This document shows positions 38,975-51,300 of a stretch of DNA of 64,000 bases, piece by piece. Below the pieces are notes generated by a model, which was given only the letters and a program-made list of their open reading frames with translations, made no database searches and was not told where the DNA came from. Position 1 is the stretch's first letter. Each line of letters opens with the position of its first letter. A program made the position numbers and the translations under genes. The stretch comes from Octopus sinensis (lineage: Eukaryota): the NCBI RefSeq assembly GCF_006345805.1, contig NC_043002.1:90830001-90894000 (forward strand), read 5' to 3'.

Positions 38975-39829
38975 GATGTTTACTCCTTTGTCATCTCTTT
39001 TTCTTATATATATATTCCCACACCACACACCATCATCCAGATACCCACACACAAATCTTCAATAGTGTCACCACACATCACTAAATCAGCAGGCATTTGT
39101 TATAGACGTACAATCTTACACATGCACACATTCACGCACGTCAGAGTTACTAGTCCCTATTTACACACACGCACTTACACATTCACACACCATTCTCACA
39201 TGCAGACACACACATACGTGCACCTTTATTTGGGATCGCCAACACTTTATTATCTCCCTTCTTTCCTTTCAACTTCTTCTTTCAAACTTTTTTTCTAATC
39301 ATTTGCCATGCTTGACTGCTAAATCTACAAGTTTTTTTTCACTCTCTCTCTCTGTTTATTTTTTCTTATTCCTTTCTGTTGAAAGAGTGTCGGCTCAAAA
39401 CATAAAAGACTTTTTCATTTTCCTGAGCATCAAACTAATACACCTGCTTGTTGATCATACACCTGTTTTCATCTTTTGTTTTTCTATAAATTTCAGCTAT
39501 ATATATATATATATATATCCTGTGACCACATGACTAACTAGGCTATCAGATGTTGTTACACATCACTGGTTACAATGCGCTTTTTGCATTGTTTTAGCCT
39601 TCAATTAATGCCTCTCTGCTGGGTAGGTGAGCAGGCCAACATTTTCCCTGATCAAAACGAGGACAGGAGCAATGTTGAATGAAATGTTTTGCTCAAGAAA
39701 TCAATGTACCCCCCCCCCCCAATCAGGGAATTGAACTCATGATTTGGTGATTGTAAGTGCAAAGCCTACCACTAGGCAACATGCCTTCACAAATATATGA
39801 GATCCCAAAACCAAGGTTTCACATAAAAA

Positions 39830-40075
39830 AAAGCATTGGTGCTGGTATGACTTTAAAAGAACCTGTGATAGTGCCACATAAAAAGTACCCAGTACACTTT
39901 GTGGAGCATTAGGAAGGGTCTCCAGCCATAGAAACCAAATCAAAACAGGCTATGAGACCTGGTGCAGTCCTTGGCCTTACTAGTTCCTCTCAAGCCATCC
40001 AACCCATGCCAGCATGGAAAACAGAAGACATTAACTGATGATGATGATGATGATATACATACATACATACATATA

Positions 40076-40134
<59 letters not shown>

Positions 40135-40250
40135 CCAGATAAGACTGGAGCCTGGTGCAGCCTTCTGGCTTCCCAGATCCCCGGTCGAACCGTCCAACCC
40201 ATGCTAGCATGGAGAACGGACGTTAAACGATGATGATGATGATGATGATA
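39830..40250 (+). mobile_element. Two consecutive RTE LINE 3'-end fragments with (GAT)n tails
   Basis: Motif ccaacccatgcyagcatgga...cgttaaacgatgatgat. Further tails near 23020-23222, 36700-37056, 43046-43100, 49485-49730, 50560-50865 and 61848-61990. Confidence 0.8.
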
Positions 40251-40368
40251 TATATATATCTATATATATGTATGTATGTATGTATATATTTATATATATA
40301 TATATACATATATATATTCATTTATATATGTATATATGTATATTTATTTATCTATACATACACAGATT

Positions 40369-40421
<53 letters not shown>

Positions 40422-40850
40422 ACACACATACACACACACACACATCCATATGTATGTACAAAACTCAAATCGTTCTGATCCACCATCAATGGATTAAGCG
40501 AGATATATATATATTCATTCCTCTAATACAACAACAACAACAACAACAACATTTCATTACATTCCTTGGTAACAATGTCTGCTAGCGATGTAGCCATTGT
40601 AGATATCTTCCTTCTCCTTCTTCTCCCTTTCCTGTTTCCCCATCTTTCTCTCTGATGCTGAGCATTAAAAATAGATTTGACATCTCAGAAGATTGTAAAG
40701 AATTGGAGAATCGGAGTCTTATCTTTATTGCATGGACTTCTGTTATGCATTTCATCTATCAACTAATGTGTGTGTGTGTGTGTGCGTGTTGATGTGTGTG
40801 TATGTGTGTGTGTTTGTGTGTGTGTGTGTGTGCGTGTTGATGTGTGTGTA

Positions 40851-40881
<31 letters not shown>

Positions 40882-41309
40882 GTGTCTGTACACATGTGTG
40901 TGCGCCTGTACATGCGTGTGTATATCTGTGTACATGTGTGTGCATGCATGTGTGTTTCTGTGTATACACATGTATGCGCATGTGTGTCTGTGTACATGTG
41001 TGTGTGTGCATGTATGTGTGTGTGTGTGCATGTGTGTGTGTGTTATAGTGTTCACTTCTAATATGTTGCGTTACACACACACACAAACACACACTCACAC
41101 ACACGTATATTCTGTGTCTCATATGTCTGTCAGCTTTTCGAATATAAAACATGTTTAAGTGCTGCCTTACTTATAGAACACTCCATGTATATATAAGTCT
41201 TATATATACATGTTTGTGTGTGCGTGTGTGTGTGTGTGTGTGTGTCTAAAGTGAGAGAGAGAGAGGGAGAGAAAGAGGGAGGGGAGAGATATATATTTTT
41301 TTTTTTGAA

Positions 41310-41710
41310 ATTCAAAAGTTGAGGTGCAAAGAGACTTTACGACTTGATTTTACTTGTTTGATGATCTGTGACCCAATGTTTTGTGTAAATGATGCATCAG
41401 GAAGCTAAAACAAGGAGCCAATTGAGGTTTAGCGAATAATCATGGAAGACTATCGGATAACAATCCAGGAAATGGCTCGTGAATTGAGAATAAGCACAGG
41501 ATCAGTGTATTCCATTTTAACAGAGGATTTGTGCATGCAGAAATTATTGTCAACAAAATTGTACTCACTGCCAACTGCATGCCTTAAATAAAATCCGTAA
41601 CTACTGACATAGTACATCAGTGACTGAACAATTACTGGTATTGCAATTAGCCACATGGCTGAATAAAAGTCCGTTATATGCAACGGAATTATTCATTGCT
41701 TGTAACTTGT
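41310..41710 (+). pseudogene. Internally deleted mariner remnant
   Basis: 41436-41564 reads IIMEDYRITIQEMARELRISTGSVYSILTEDLCMQKLLSTK, the second mariner HTH. Boundaries are approximate. Confidence 0.6.
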
Positions 41711-42679
41711 ATAACCTTGTATACTGCACATAGCAATCTTATGATTGCTATATGCAGTATATTTACTATAAACATGAAACTCAACAAGTTATTGACCTAT
41801 AGCTTTCTTACAATTACTATACAACAATATATGCATGTAGGTGTGTGTAATGAATATCGACACCTGCATATGTGTGTGTGTGTGTGTGTTGTGTGTGTTG
41901 CTCCCCGCCTCCCAATACACATGCACACGTTTACAGAAACCACATGATGTTTGAATATTTCAAGACTATAAATTTCTTGTCTGGTTTGAATGTTTTTCAC
42001 TTTACAGTTTATTATATCTTATAAAAATGTGAACTTCTTTATGACTTAAACTTGCACACAAATAATTTTGGACTCTCTGTGCACACACACATACACACAC
42101 TCTTATACATGCACCACACACTCACATACAATGCACACACATAACACATAGTTGTGTTGTATATGTATGAGAAAGTATGTGAAATCAGAGGTAACACAGT
42201 AGAGAGTCAATAGAGTAAGTACGAGAAATGCATTTATTTAGCATATAAAATATTTTTGTTATGAAATATCTGGTATATATGGTGATAAAATGGCAGAAAC
42301 GTTCACCCACTTTATTTTATTCACATTTATGATAATCCATGTGATTCTCTGTTACTCAATCTATGTGGGAATAAATGGCAGATGGATGGAAGCAAAGAAG
42401 CTGTTATTATTAGGTAAGAATAAGGTGGTGAGCTGGCAGAATCATTAGCATGCTGGACAAAATGTTTAGTGGTATTTTGCCTGTCACTATGTTCTGAGTT
42501 CAAATTCCACCGAGGATGACTCTGCCTTTCATTCTTTCGGGGTCAATAAATTAAATACCAATGAAACACTGGGGTCAAGATCAATGTATTTGACTTGTTC
42601 CCATCCCGCCCAAATTTTAGGCCTTGTGCCTTTAGTAGAAAGAATGGGGTCACTCTGAAAAGCTCTATCTACAATGATT

Positions 42680-42910
42680 TCATCTCAATTGAAGGAGTGG
42701 GGCTTTCTCCGTCCGGGTTGCGGATCCGTGGAATAAGCTGCCGGACGAGATAGTGAAGATACCGATGACCGCTCGGTTCAAAGTCTCTCTTGACCAGAAA
42801 TGGCCTGAACTCTTTGTATGACCACCCTCCCTGTACATAACTCACTGTCCCCCTACATGGCCTTGCTTTTGCTTTTTGTGCCAATAAAAATTGATTGATT
42901 GATTGATTGA
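42680..42910 (+). mobile_element. CR1-type LINE 3' end
   Basis: GAFSVRVADPWNKLPDEIVKIPMTARFKVSLDQKWPELFV* followed by an (ATTG)n tail. Confidence 0.75.
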
Positions 42911-43608
42911 TAAGAAGGAAACACTGAGCTGGCAAAATTGTGTTCGTACATTGGACAAATTGCTTAGCAGCGTTTCTACTGACTCATTATATTTTGAGTT
43001 CAAGTTACACTGAGATCGACTTTGCCTTTTATCTTTTGGGGATTTATCATCATCATCATTTAATATCCATTTTCCATGCTGGCATGGGTCAGACGGTTTG
43101 ACAGGAGCTGGCCAGCCAGGGAGCTTGAAGATATAATCGTCAGTTGAGCACTGTAGTTGATGTAATTGACTGATACTCTCATGCTAAAAATTTACAGGCC
43201 TTGTGCCAAAATTTAAGGCAATTATAGGGTAAGAAATTCACTTAGTTATCATTTGGTTGTGATTTCAAGCCCACTGCATAGCACCTTAGGAAAAAAAAAT
43301 GTCTTTTTCCATAGCTTCAGGTCTGTCTCTACTATATGAGTGAAACTGGGTAGATGAGCTTGTGAAGAAGCTTTGTAAGATGGATTATATTGTTGTTGGG
43401 TATTAGAATTTATCCATTACCTGGCTTAACACCACCACCTTGTCCTGTGTGCTGTTAGTAGGTGCTGGGGCAGGTTTCCATACAGATGATAACTTCCTCA
43501 ATCCCCAACTCTCTTATCCAGCTTTGTTCAGTGTGTGGCCCCTGAGAAGGATAACTGGAGCTGCCTTGCTTTTTCTGATTTGACCATTTAAAACAAAGAG
43601 CGGAGAGC

Positions 43609-43611
<3 letters not shown>

Positions 43612-43668
<57 letters not shown>

Positions 43669-43723
43669 GAGAGAGAGAGAGAAGAGAGAGAAGAAATGAG
43701 AGAGGAGAGAGAGAGAGAGAGAG

Positions 43724-43796
<73 letters not shown>

Positions 43797-43797
43797 G
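43612..43797. repeat. (GA)n microsatellite
   Basis: Direct reading. Other long arrays: (TG/TA)n 30660-30925, (TATG)n 36150-36410, (TG)n 40767-41042, (TACA)n 44475-44625, (TATG)n 60336-60686. Confidence 0.95.
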
Positions 43798-44336
43798 GAC
43801 TGACATGGAACAGAGTTATGGCTGATCGACTAAGTGTGATCCATAAATATCTAAGTTTGGGTGAATGATGGGCTAGAGCTGAAGTGAATAAAGCAAGAGT
43901 AAGTGATGGATAGTAGTAGAAGTAGTCTGGTGAATAAAGAGTGATGACAGACAGTGAAACTAAAATTTATTGGGTGCAAACAAATCTGATTCAGATTATG
44001 TCCTGTACTGTCTGTTGTTGTATGAGATGTATTAGTGTATAAGAGATGAGAGGAGTGAGATAATTTTGAACATTTATTCTATGGGTGAATCATCTATCTT
44101 AGAACTGACTCAGATGCTCGCAAGAAGCAAATGTAGTTGAGTAAATGCTTGAGTACTGTTTTGAATAGTTGTCATCATGCTCCAGCATGGGCACAGACCA
44201 ATGACAGAAACAAGCAAGAGATAAAAGTTTTTTAACAAAGATTAACCATTATATATGTATGATTTTCAATATGTGACCACGTGTGTATCGCTGGCAATTT
44301 TCTTTCTCCGTCTTCCCTTCTTTGGACTTTTTCTAT

Positions 44337-44371
44337 ATTTCTGATGAAGACCTCCGCTTGAAACGTGAAAT
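44337..44371 (+). ncRNA. Candidate minimal type I hammerhead (Penelope-like), probably inactive
   Basis: AUUU-CUGAUGA-AGACCUCCGCUU-GAAAC-GU-G-AAAU. Position 17 is G. Confidence 0.4.
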
Positions 44372-44580
44372 CCTCTTTCTTTTCTTTGCTTTGCTGAGCG
44401 TCCAATAATACTGCACTTATTCCATGTCCTCACACTGTTGTTTTTTCTTGTTTGTTCATGTTTGGATTGTTTATGTACATACATACATACATACATACAT
44501 ACATACATACATACAACATACATACATACATACATACATACATACATACATACATACATACAACATACATACATACATAT

Positions 44581-44626
<46 letters not shown>

Positions 44627-44631
44627 ACACA

Positions 44632-44942
44632 TGTGGAGGCGCAATGGCCTAGTGGTTAGGGCAGCGGACTCGCGGTCGTAGGATCACGGTTTCGATTCCC
44701 AGACCGGGCATTGTGAGTGTTTATTGAGCGAAAACACCTAAAAGCTCCACGAGGCTCCGGCAGGGGGTGGTGATCCCTGCTGTACTCTTTCACCACTCTT
44801 TCTCCCACTCTTTCTTCTGTTGGCCTGCTCGCTTAGCCAGCGGGGTGGCGTCATTCGAAAGCTAAAACAATGCGAACGCATTGTGACCAGTGATGTGTAA
44901 CTACATCTGATGGACTGGTCGGTCACGTGATGGTGATGGTGA
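44632..44942 (+). mobile_element. SINE family D
   Basis: High identity to 1471-1783. Confidence 0.85.
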
Positions 44943-45479
44943 TATATGTATTCATATTAATGTTTGTTTTTATGTTATAATAAAAACAACTTCACATTAA
45001 ATTGTATGATTATGCAATACATTTGGTAGAATACAATTTCATTCTTCTTTAACAAGATTAGTATTGCTAGTGACTTTGCAGTTTCGGCCACCTAAATAAT
45101 CATCTGACTGTGTGTGTGTGTGTGTGTGTGTGCGTGTGTATGTGTGTGTGTATGTGCCCCAGGATGGGCACTGTCAAATGAGTGAGACAAGTAAAAGAAT
45201 AAAAGAATATATGTACACACACACAAACACCCTCACTCACACACATATTTCGTATCCATGTTTATATATTTCTATGTGTATGAATAAATCTATGTGTGTA
45301 TATGCTTTGTATACATATACAGACTGCATACATATGATTACACACACACACACACATCCACACACACACACGCACACACACACACACAAACAAACAAACA
45401 AACACAGACACACACACACACACACACACACATCCACTTGCACACCGATGTATAAAATTTTATTTTCTTCATCTTTCAG

Positions 45480-45659
45480 TTGGTGTATCAGTACATGGCC
45501 ACCCAGTTTGACACCCGTGCATTGGATTATCATGTGACATTAGCACAAACCATACTTGGTTTATGCATTGACCACCCCCAACTACAGAATGAGCTCTTCT
45601 GTCAGCTGATACGACAGACATCACGCCACCCAGTACAAAGCAAGATGAGTGGGATGCAG
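45480..45659 (+). CDS. PLEKHH1/2: Coding exon, PLEKHH1/2-like MyTH4 domain
   Basis: Acceptor ttcttcatctttcag|, donor |gtaagt. 180 nt, phase 0 to 0. LVYQYMATQFDTRALDYHVTLAQTILGLCIDHPQLQNELFCQLIRQTSRHPVQSKMSGMQ contains DYH..LAQ..L..C..HP.LQNE..CQL.KQT. Continues the 8664-8776 exon in frame with no apparent gap. Confidence 0.92.
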
Positions 45660-46034
45660 GTAAGTTACTCATACTGAGAACCATTTTCTCTTGGGAGCTT
45701 CCAGCTATGCTACGGCTTTTAATTTTTTGGCCTGAACAGCATTAAGACACTCGTTTACCAAATGTTTGTTCTTTCTCAAACCTAACAATGATTTTTGCCC
45801 TATTCCTTCTTTAAAATACAATTATTTAATTCTTTTTTCTTCAAGATGTTACTGTGTGTTTTTGACAGAGAATTGGTTTGAGTAGCCTTGTAGAATCTTG
45901 GAGTTATGCCACCATATATTTCTTGATTCATACAGCCTTGTGTTTTATTCCAGTTTACTTTGATCTATGCTCCTTCAAATTCAGAATGGAGTGAAGTTGC
46001 AGGAATTTCGAAAGTAATAAGATTAAAGATGGAA

Positions 46035-46612
46035 AGGTCTTTGCAAGCAGAGTTTAGTGTCCAAGGAAAGGTATGCATACCTTTCCTTCATTGGACACTA
46101 AACTCTGCTTGCAAAGACCTGTTGAGGCAAGTGAAATCAAAATTGAAATCAAATTCGATGACTGGCATCCATGCTAGTGAAGTGCTAAGAGCACCATCCG
46201 AGTTGCCAGAGCAGCTAACTGGCTTCTGTGCCGGTGGTATGTAAAAAGCAGCATTCAAGGGTGATCGTAACCAGCGTCGTCTTACTGGCACTTGTGTCAG
46301 TGGCATGAGAAAAAGCATTCGAGCAAGGTCATTGCCAGAGCCGCTGGACTGGCTCCTGTGATGGTGGCACATAAAAAACACCTTTTGAGCGTGGCCATTG
46401 CCAGTACCACCTGACTGACCCTCATGCCAGTGGCACGTAAAAGCACCCACTACACTCTAGGAGTGGTTGGCGTTAGGAAGGGCATCCAGCTGTAGAAACT
46501 CTGCCAGATCAGATTGGAGCCTGGTGCAGCCATCTGGTTCGCCAGTCCTCAGTCAAATTGTCCAACCCATGCTAGCATGGAAAGCAGACGTTAAACGATG
46601 ATGATGATGATG
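46035..46612 (+). mobile_element. RTE LINE 3' UTR fragment with an inverted duplication at its 5' end
   Basis: From 46071 it matches the 3' UTR of the 55057 LINE, includes ~55-bp UTR subrepeats and ends in (GAT)n. 46035-46075 mirrors 46076-46120. Confidence 0.8.
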
Positions 46613-46762
46613 AAAGAAAATTGAAACTCTTTTTACAACAACTTTTGTAAATGTTTGAATTTACTGAACCTTTCGAAATTGCATTGAAAAATAGATTAAA
46701 CTTAAGATATGTTTTTACTTTGTTTATGTATGTGTATATGTATATATATATATATATGTGTA

Positions 46763-47080
46763 TGGTGAAGTGGTTTAAGGGTTAGGTTATTCAGCTCATG
46801 ATCGTAATGTCATGAGTTTGATTCCTGGTGGCATATTGTGTTCTTGAGCAAAATACTGTATTTCATGTTGCTCCAGTCTACTCAGCTGGCAAAAATGAGT
46901 AGTACTTATATTTAAAAGGGCCAGCCTTATCACATTCTGTGTCGTGCTGAATCTCCCTGAGATCTATGTCAAGAGTATGCAGGTCTGTGGAGTACTCAGC
47001 CACTTGCACTTCAATTTCACAAGCAGACTGTTCTGTGGATTGGATCAACTGGAACCCTTGTCATTGTAACCAACAGAATG
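46763..47080 (+). mobile_element. SINE family C
   Basis: tRNA-like head, then tgtgttcttgagcaaaatac...ctccagtctactcagctggcaaaaatgagt. Confidence 0.7.
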
Positions 47081-47587
47081 CCAATCAGTTACATCTGTAT
47101 ATATATAACATTATTGTAGCAGTGCATGATTTATAGGTTTTTCATGCACTATAATTCTGTGATAAGTACTATTTAACAATTCTACCAGTTTGATATGGAA
47201 GAGCTTGACTAAGGAGTTGATTACAGCTTCTTAGAGTAATATACTGATTGTAACTATGGCAAAACTTCATTATTGGGCTTCAGTGAGTACTTACCATTCT
47301 CACTATATGTGTGTTATGTCAGAAAGGCTGTATATCAAATTATTATAACACAAGAGATAAATTGATCCAAAAACCTTTTGTTCTCCCTCTCATCACTAAT
47401 TATTTGCTCCCATCAGAAATTATTTCTTTCCCTTTCTCTCTCCCTTTGTGGCTGTTTATACTCATTAATTGTCAACACAGACCATTGGGGATTTCTTCAG
47501 ATCCTACTGTTTATTTCATCATATTAGTGGTTGGTCACACAATTCTTTCTAATGTTCAAGCAAGTTCTTTCATTGCTAATAACTATA

Positions 47588-47984
47588 TCTTTATATATAA
47601 AAGTAAGGTTGTGTGCTGTCTGTCTCCTACGATTTAGATTCCTAACTACTCCCACATTTTGCAGTGCAGTTTAACCAAAACCGGGTATCTTATAGTCGTG
47701 ATTCATATCGAGCCCTTCTGGGTATTAGCGCGCGTCTACAATGAGTCTACGATTTAAAAAAAATTTACCATCAATTTTTCCCATTTTTAATGCATTTTTG
47801 GCATATATAAGGAAAGTAACTCTCTAAAAATTTATTATTAAATCTCAGAACGTAAAAAGCTACAGTAACACCCCCCCCCTTTGTGGTTAGCCATATTGAG
47901 ATGGCTATTATACTTTACATCTCTAAAAATGCTTATATAGTTATTTCCCTTACAAACCCGAGCAACGCCGGGCGATACTGCTAG
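47588..47984 (+). mobile_element. Helitron family 1 subfamily with an extra internal segment
   Basis: A|TC...hairpin...CTAG|T. 47856-47914 is absent from the other copies. Confidence 0.85.
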
Positions 47985-49051
47985 TTAAATATATAAGGAT
48001 TGGTGAATATTTGCATTTGCAAAATAACATAGTGTTCAGTATATAGAGTGTGTTATTTTTATTAAAAACCGAAGCTCTTTGAATCACAACTCTAAGTTTT
48101 ACATGGCTGATTATTCAAATGATTAGAACAGGGAAACACATTAACAGAAAAAATACAAGTAAAAATATTTGTAAACACATTGAAAAATGGTCATTCATGG
48201 AGACTGATTGGATATCAAAAAGAACAAAAACTTTCAGAAAATGTGTCACTCATTCTTCTTTTCAGTTGTCATCCACAGAACATAATATATTCCTCTATAT
48301 GTTTGGAAAAATTTATCTGTGTCTTTAGTATCAAATGTGTAAAACACATGGAAACAAGGAAGGTAACTTTTTTTTTAATGAGATTTTAGTGTTGATGAGT
48401 AACTGAATGTTTTGGTATTTTTTTTTTTTTCATTTTTTCACTATATGGCATCTTTCAAAGAATGGCTAATTAATTATGTAGAAAAGCCAGTTGGTATGTA
48501 GCAATTGTGTAAAATATCAAAATTCACCAATTTTGTTCAAAATTGAAAAAAAAGGTTCTTATAGGATGTTATACTCCACTGAAAGACAAGGACCATGCCT
48601 TTTGGAGTCCTTAATGTAGGGATGCACAAAACTAAAACCTTATTAACAATAGCTACTTTCCTTGCTTTTGTGTTTCACACATATACTGAAAACATTTTTG
48701 TATGTGAATAGATGAAGACATCACATGTTCTGCCAATGATAAGTGAATAGGTAAACATGGGATACATCTTTTTCTTTTTTGGTAACCTATCAATGCCAAA
48801 TAACTAATCATATTTTGATGTGTTTATGAATTTGAATATTTTTGCTTGTATATTGTCATGCTGCTTCTCTCTTTAATTGCTTCAATAATCAAGAACATGA
48901 AAATTAGAGTGAGAATTTAAGAAGCTTCAGCTTCTAAAAAAAAATATTGAAAATTATAAAATTCGTTAAGCTTCTCATTTGGAAAGTTTTACTTATATTT
49001 CTTCTTTACATTATTTGAAATAATTGCATTTAATATTCAAATATTTTTCAG

Positions 49052-49272
49052 AATCTGCTCCTCTGTGGTAAACATTCCTGGTTCATTTGTGACAGTGCAC
49101 ATAAATCTCCATCATCATCCATCATGGACCTCTCTGAATCCAAGCTAAATCCAGCTCCCTACATTATTCAACAAGGCTGGGAGCTGTTGTCTATGTGTGT
49201 ATCTCTCTTCCTGCCTAAACAGAGTGTCATGTGGTTACTAAAAGTACACCTGCAAAGAAATGCTGACCCCAA
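49052..49272 (+). CDS. PLEKHH1/2: Coding exon, PLEKHH1/2-like MyTH4 domain
   Basis: Acceptor atatttttcag|, donor |gtaaag. 221 nt, phase 0 to 2, no stops. NLLLCGKHSWFICDSAHKSPSSSIMDLSESKLNPAPYIIQQGWELLSMCVSLFLPKQSVMWLLKVHLQRNADP contains the MyTH4 motif GW.LL..C..LFLP....W.L..HL.R.AD. Not in the ORF track. Confidence 0.9.
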
Positions 49273-50832
49273 GTAAAGTCTTTATTCCTATCATATAAAT
49301 ATTTCCGCTTTTTTATATTGTATTTTTATATTGTATTTTTGGTATTTTTTGCTGATGTTTTTATTTCACATCGAATGTTTCAGTAGAATGTTTGCAATAA
49401 AAATAGCACCAAAAAGAGAGCAAAGATCTATTATTCAAGACTATTAGCCTTACCGTTAGAATATATCATCATGGTCATCATTATCAACATCATCATCCTT
49501 TAATGTCTGTTTTCCTTTTGGAATGGATTGAATGGTTTGGCCAGAGCTAGCAACTGGAGAGCTGCACTAGGATCCAGTCTGACTTGGCGTGGTTTCTATG
49601 GTTGAATGCCCTTCCTAATGCCAACCACTTCACAGTGTGTTCTGGGTGTTCTTAATGTGGTACTGGCGTGAGTGCTTGTATGTGGTGGTGGCATAAGTGT
49701 TTTGTACCTGGTACCAACACAAGTGCTTTTTACATGGCACTGACACAGGAGTCTTGCAGGCTAATCCTCTTCGTCAGGGGAGTGGCTTTAACACTTCTGC
49801 AGCAAAGGATGAATCTTCTTGAGTACATCAAGGTGCCATATATCTACATATTTACAATATTTATATTACATCTGTATTTGATCAATTTGATCTCAAATAA
49901 TTGTAAAGTATCTTATTCCAGGATGTGTACTTAGTCCCAGACTGGATTTGATCTAGGAACCTTTATTTCTAAATTAACAACAGTAATTTTAATAATATTG
50001 TATTTACACATGCAATAAATTAGATATGAGGGCACATAGCCAAGTAGTTTGGGTATTGCACTCATGATCACGAGATCAGGAGTTCAATTCCTGGACCAGG
50101 CAGTGTGTTGTGTTTTAAAGCAAAACACTTCATTTTACATTGCTTTGTAATCTTTTTGACATCTGATGTGTGGCATGCTTTGCACATGTACAGACAATGT
50201 CAGTTTGATGGAGTGGGTGAGCTTTATGTGCAGCACAAACATTTGATCGCTGTAAACAAATCACCTGTACAGTTTGTTCAGTTAAGAAATTGTGGAACTA
50301 TCTTTCTCAGGTTGAGAGACTATCATTAATTGATTGTGTATGCACCACAGGTGCATATGCAATGACCTATGCAATTATCCTAGCAAATAAGATCATAGGC
50401 ATTACTTTGGAAATAATGGTTGTTTGGAATTATGTGCTCATCCAAGAATAAGACAACTAATAAAGATCACAGACTGAAATACAGTGTGGATAGAAATAGT
50501 GAGGTCGTTGCTATTGAGCGAGGTCGTTGCTTTGCGAGCGAGGTCGTTGCCACTGTGAGCAAGGTTGTTGCCAGTACAGCTGGACTGGCTCCTGTGCAGA
50601 TGGTACACAAAAAGTGCCATTTGAGCATGGCCGTTGCCAGTAGCGTCTGACTGGTCTGCGTGCCGGTGGCACGTAAAAGCACCCACTACACTCTCAGAGT
50701 GGTTGGCGTTAGGAAGGGCATCCAGCTGTAGAAAATCTGCCAGATCAGATTGGAGTCTGGTGCAGCCATCTGGTTCGCCAGACCTCAGTCAAATCGTCCA
50801 ACCCATGCTAGCATTGAAAGCGGACATTAAAC

Positions 50833-50863
<31 letters not shown>

Positions 50864-50909
50864 CACTTGAAACATGAGTTAATTGTCCAAAATAATGATC
50901 TTTTATATT

Positions 50910-51300
50910 TTACCCTTGGCTTGTTTTAGTCATTAGACTGAGGCCATGTTGGGGCACTGCCTTGAAGAATTTTTAGTTGAATGAATCAACCTCAATACTT
51001 ATATTTAAAGTCTGGTACTTATTCTATCGGTCTCTTTTACTGAACTGCTAAGTTCTGGGGACATAAACACACCAACACTTGTTGTCAAGTGGTTGTGATG
51101 AAAAAAGAAGTACGGACTCAAAGACATACACACACAAATATATATATGACAGGCTTCTTTCAGTTTCCATCTACCAATACACTTACTAGGCTTTGGTCAG
51201 CCTGAGGCTATGTAGAAGACACTGGCCAAAGGTGCCACACAGTGGGACTGAACCTGGAACCATGTGGTTGGTAAGCAAGCTTCTTACCACACAGCCATGC
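50910..51300 (-). mobile_element. SINE family A, diverged
   Basis: Family motifs. Confidence 0.75.

Noticed and set aside
46200-46450. Regularly spaced ~55-bp repeats (ggcacgtaaaaagcacc), also at 55230-55600 and as the cccaaagtacccc array at 34305-34378, superficially CRISPR-like
   Set aside because: These are internal subrepeats of RTE 3' UTRs with related spacers in a eukaryotic intron, and there are no cas genes.
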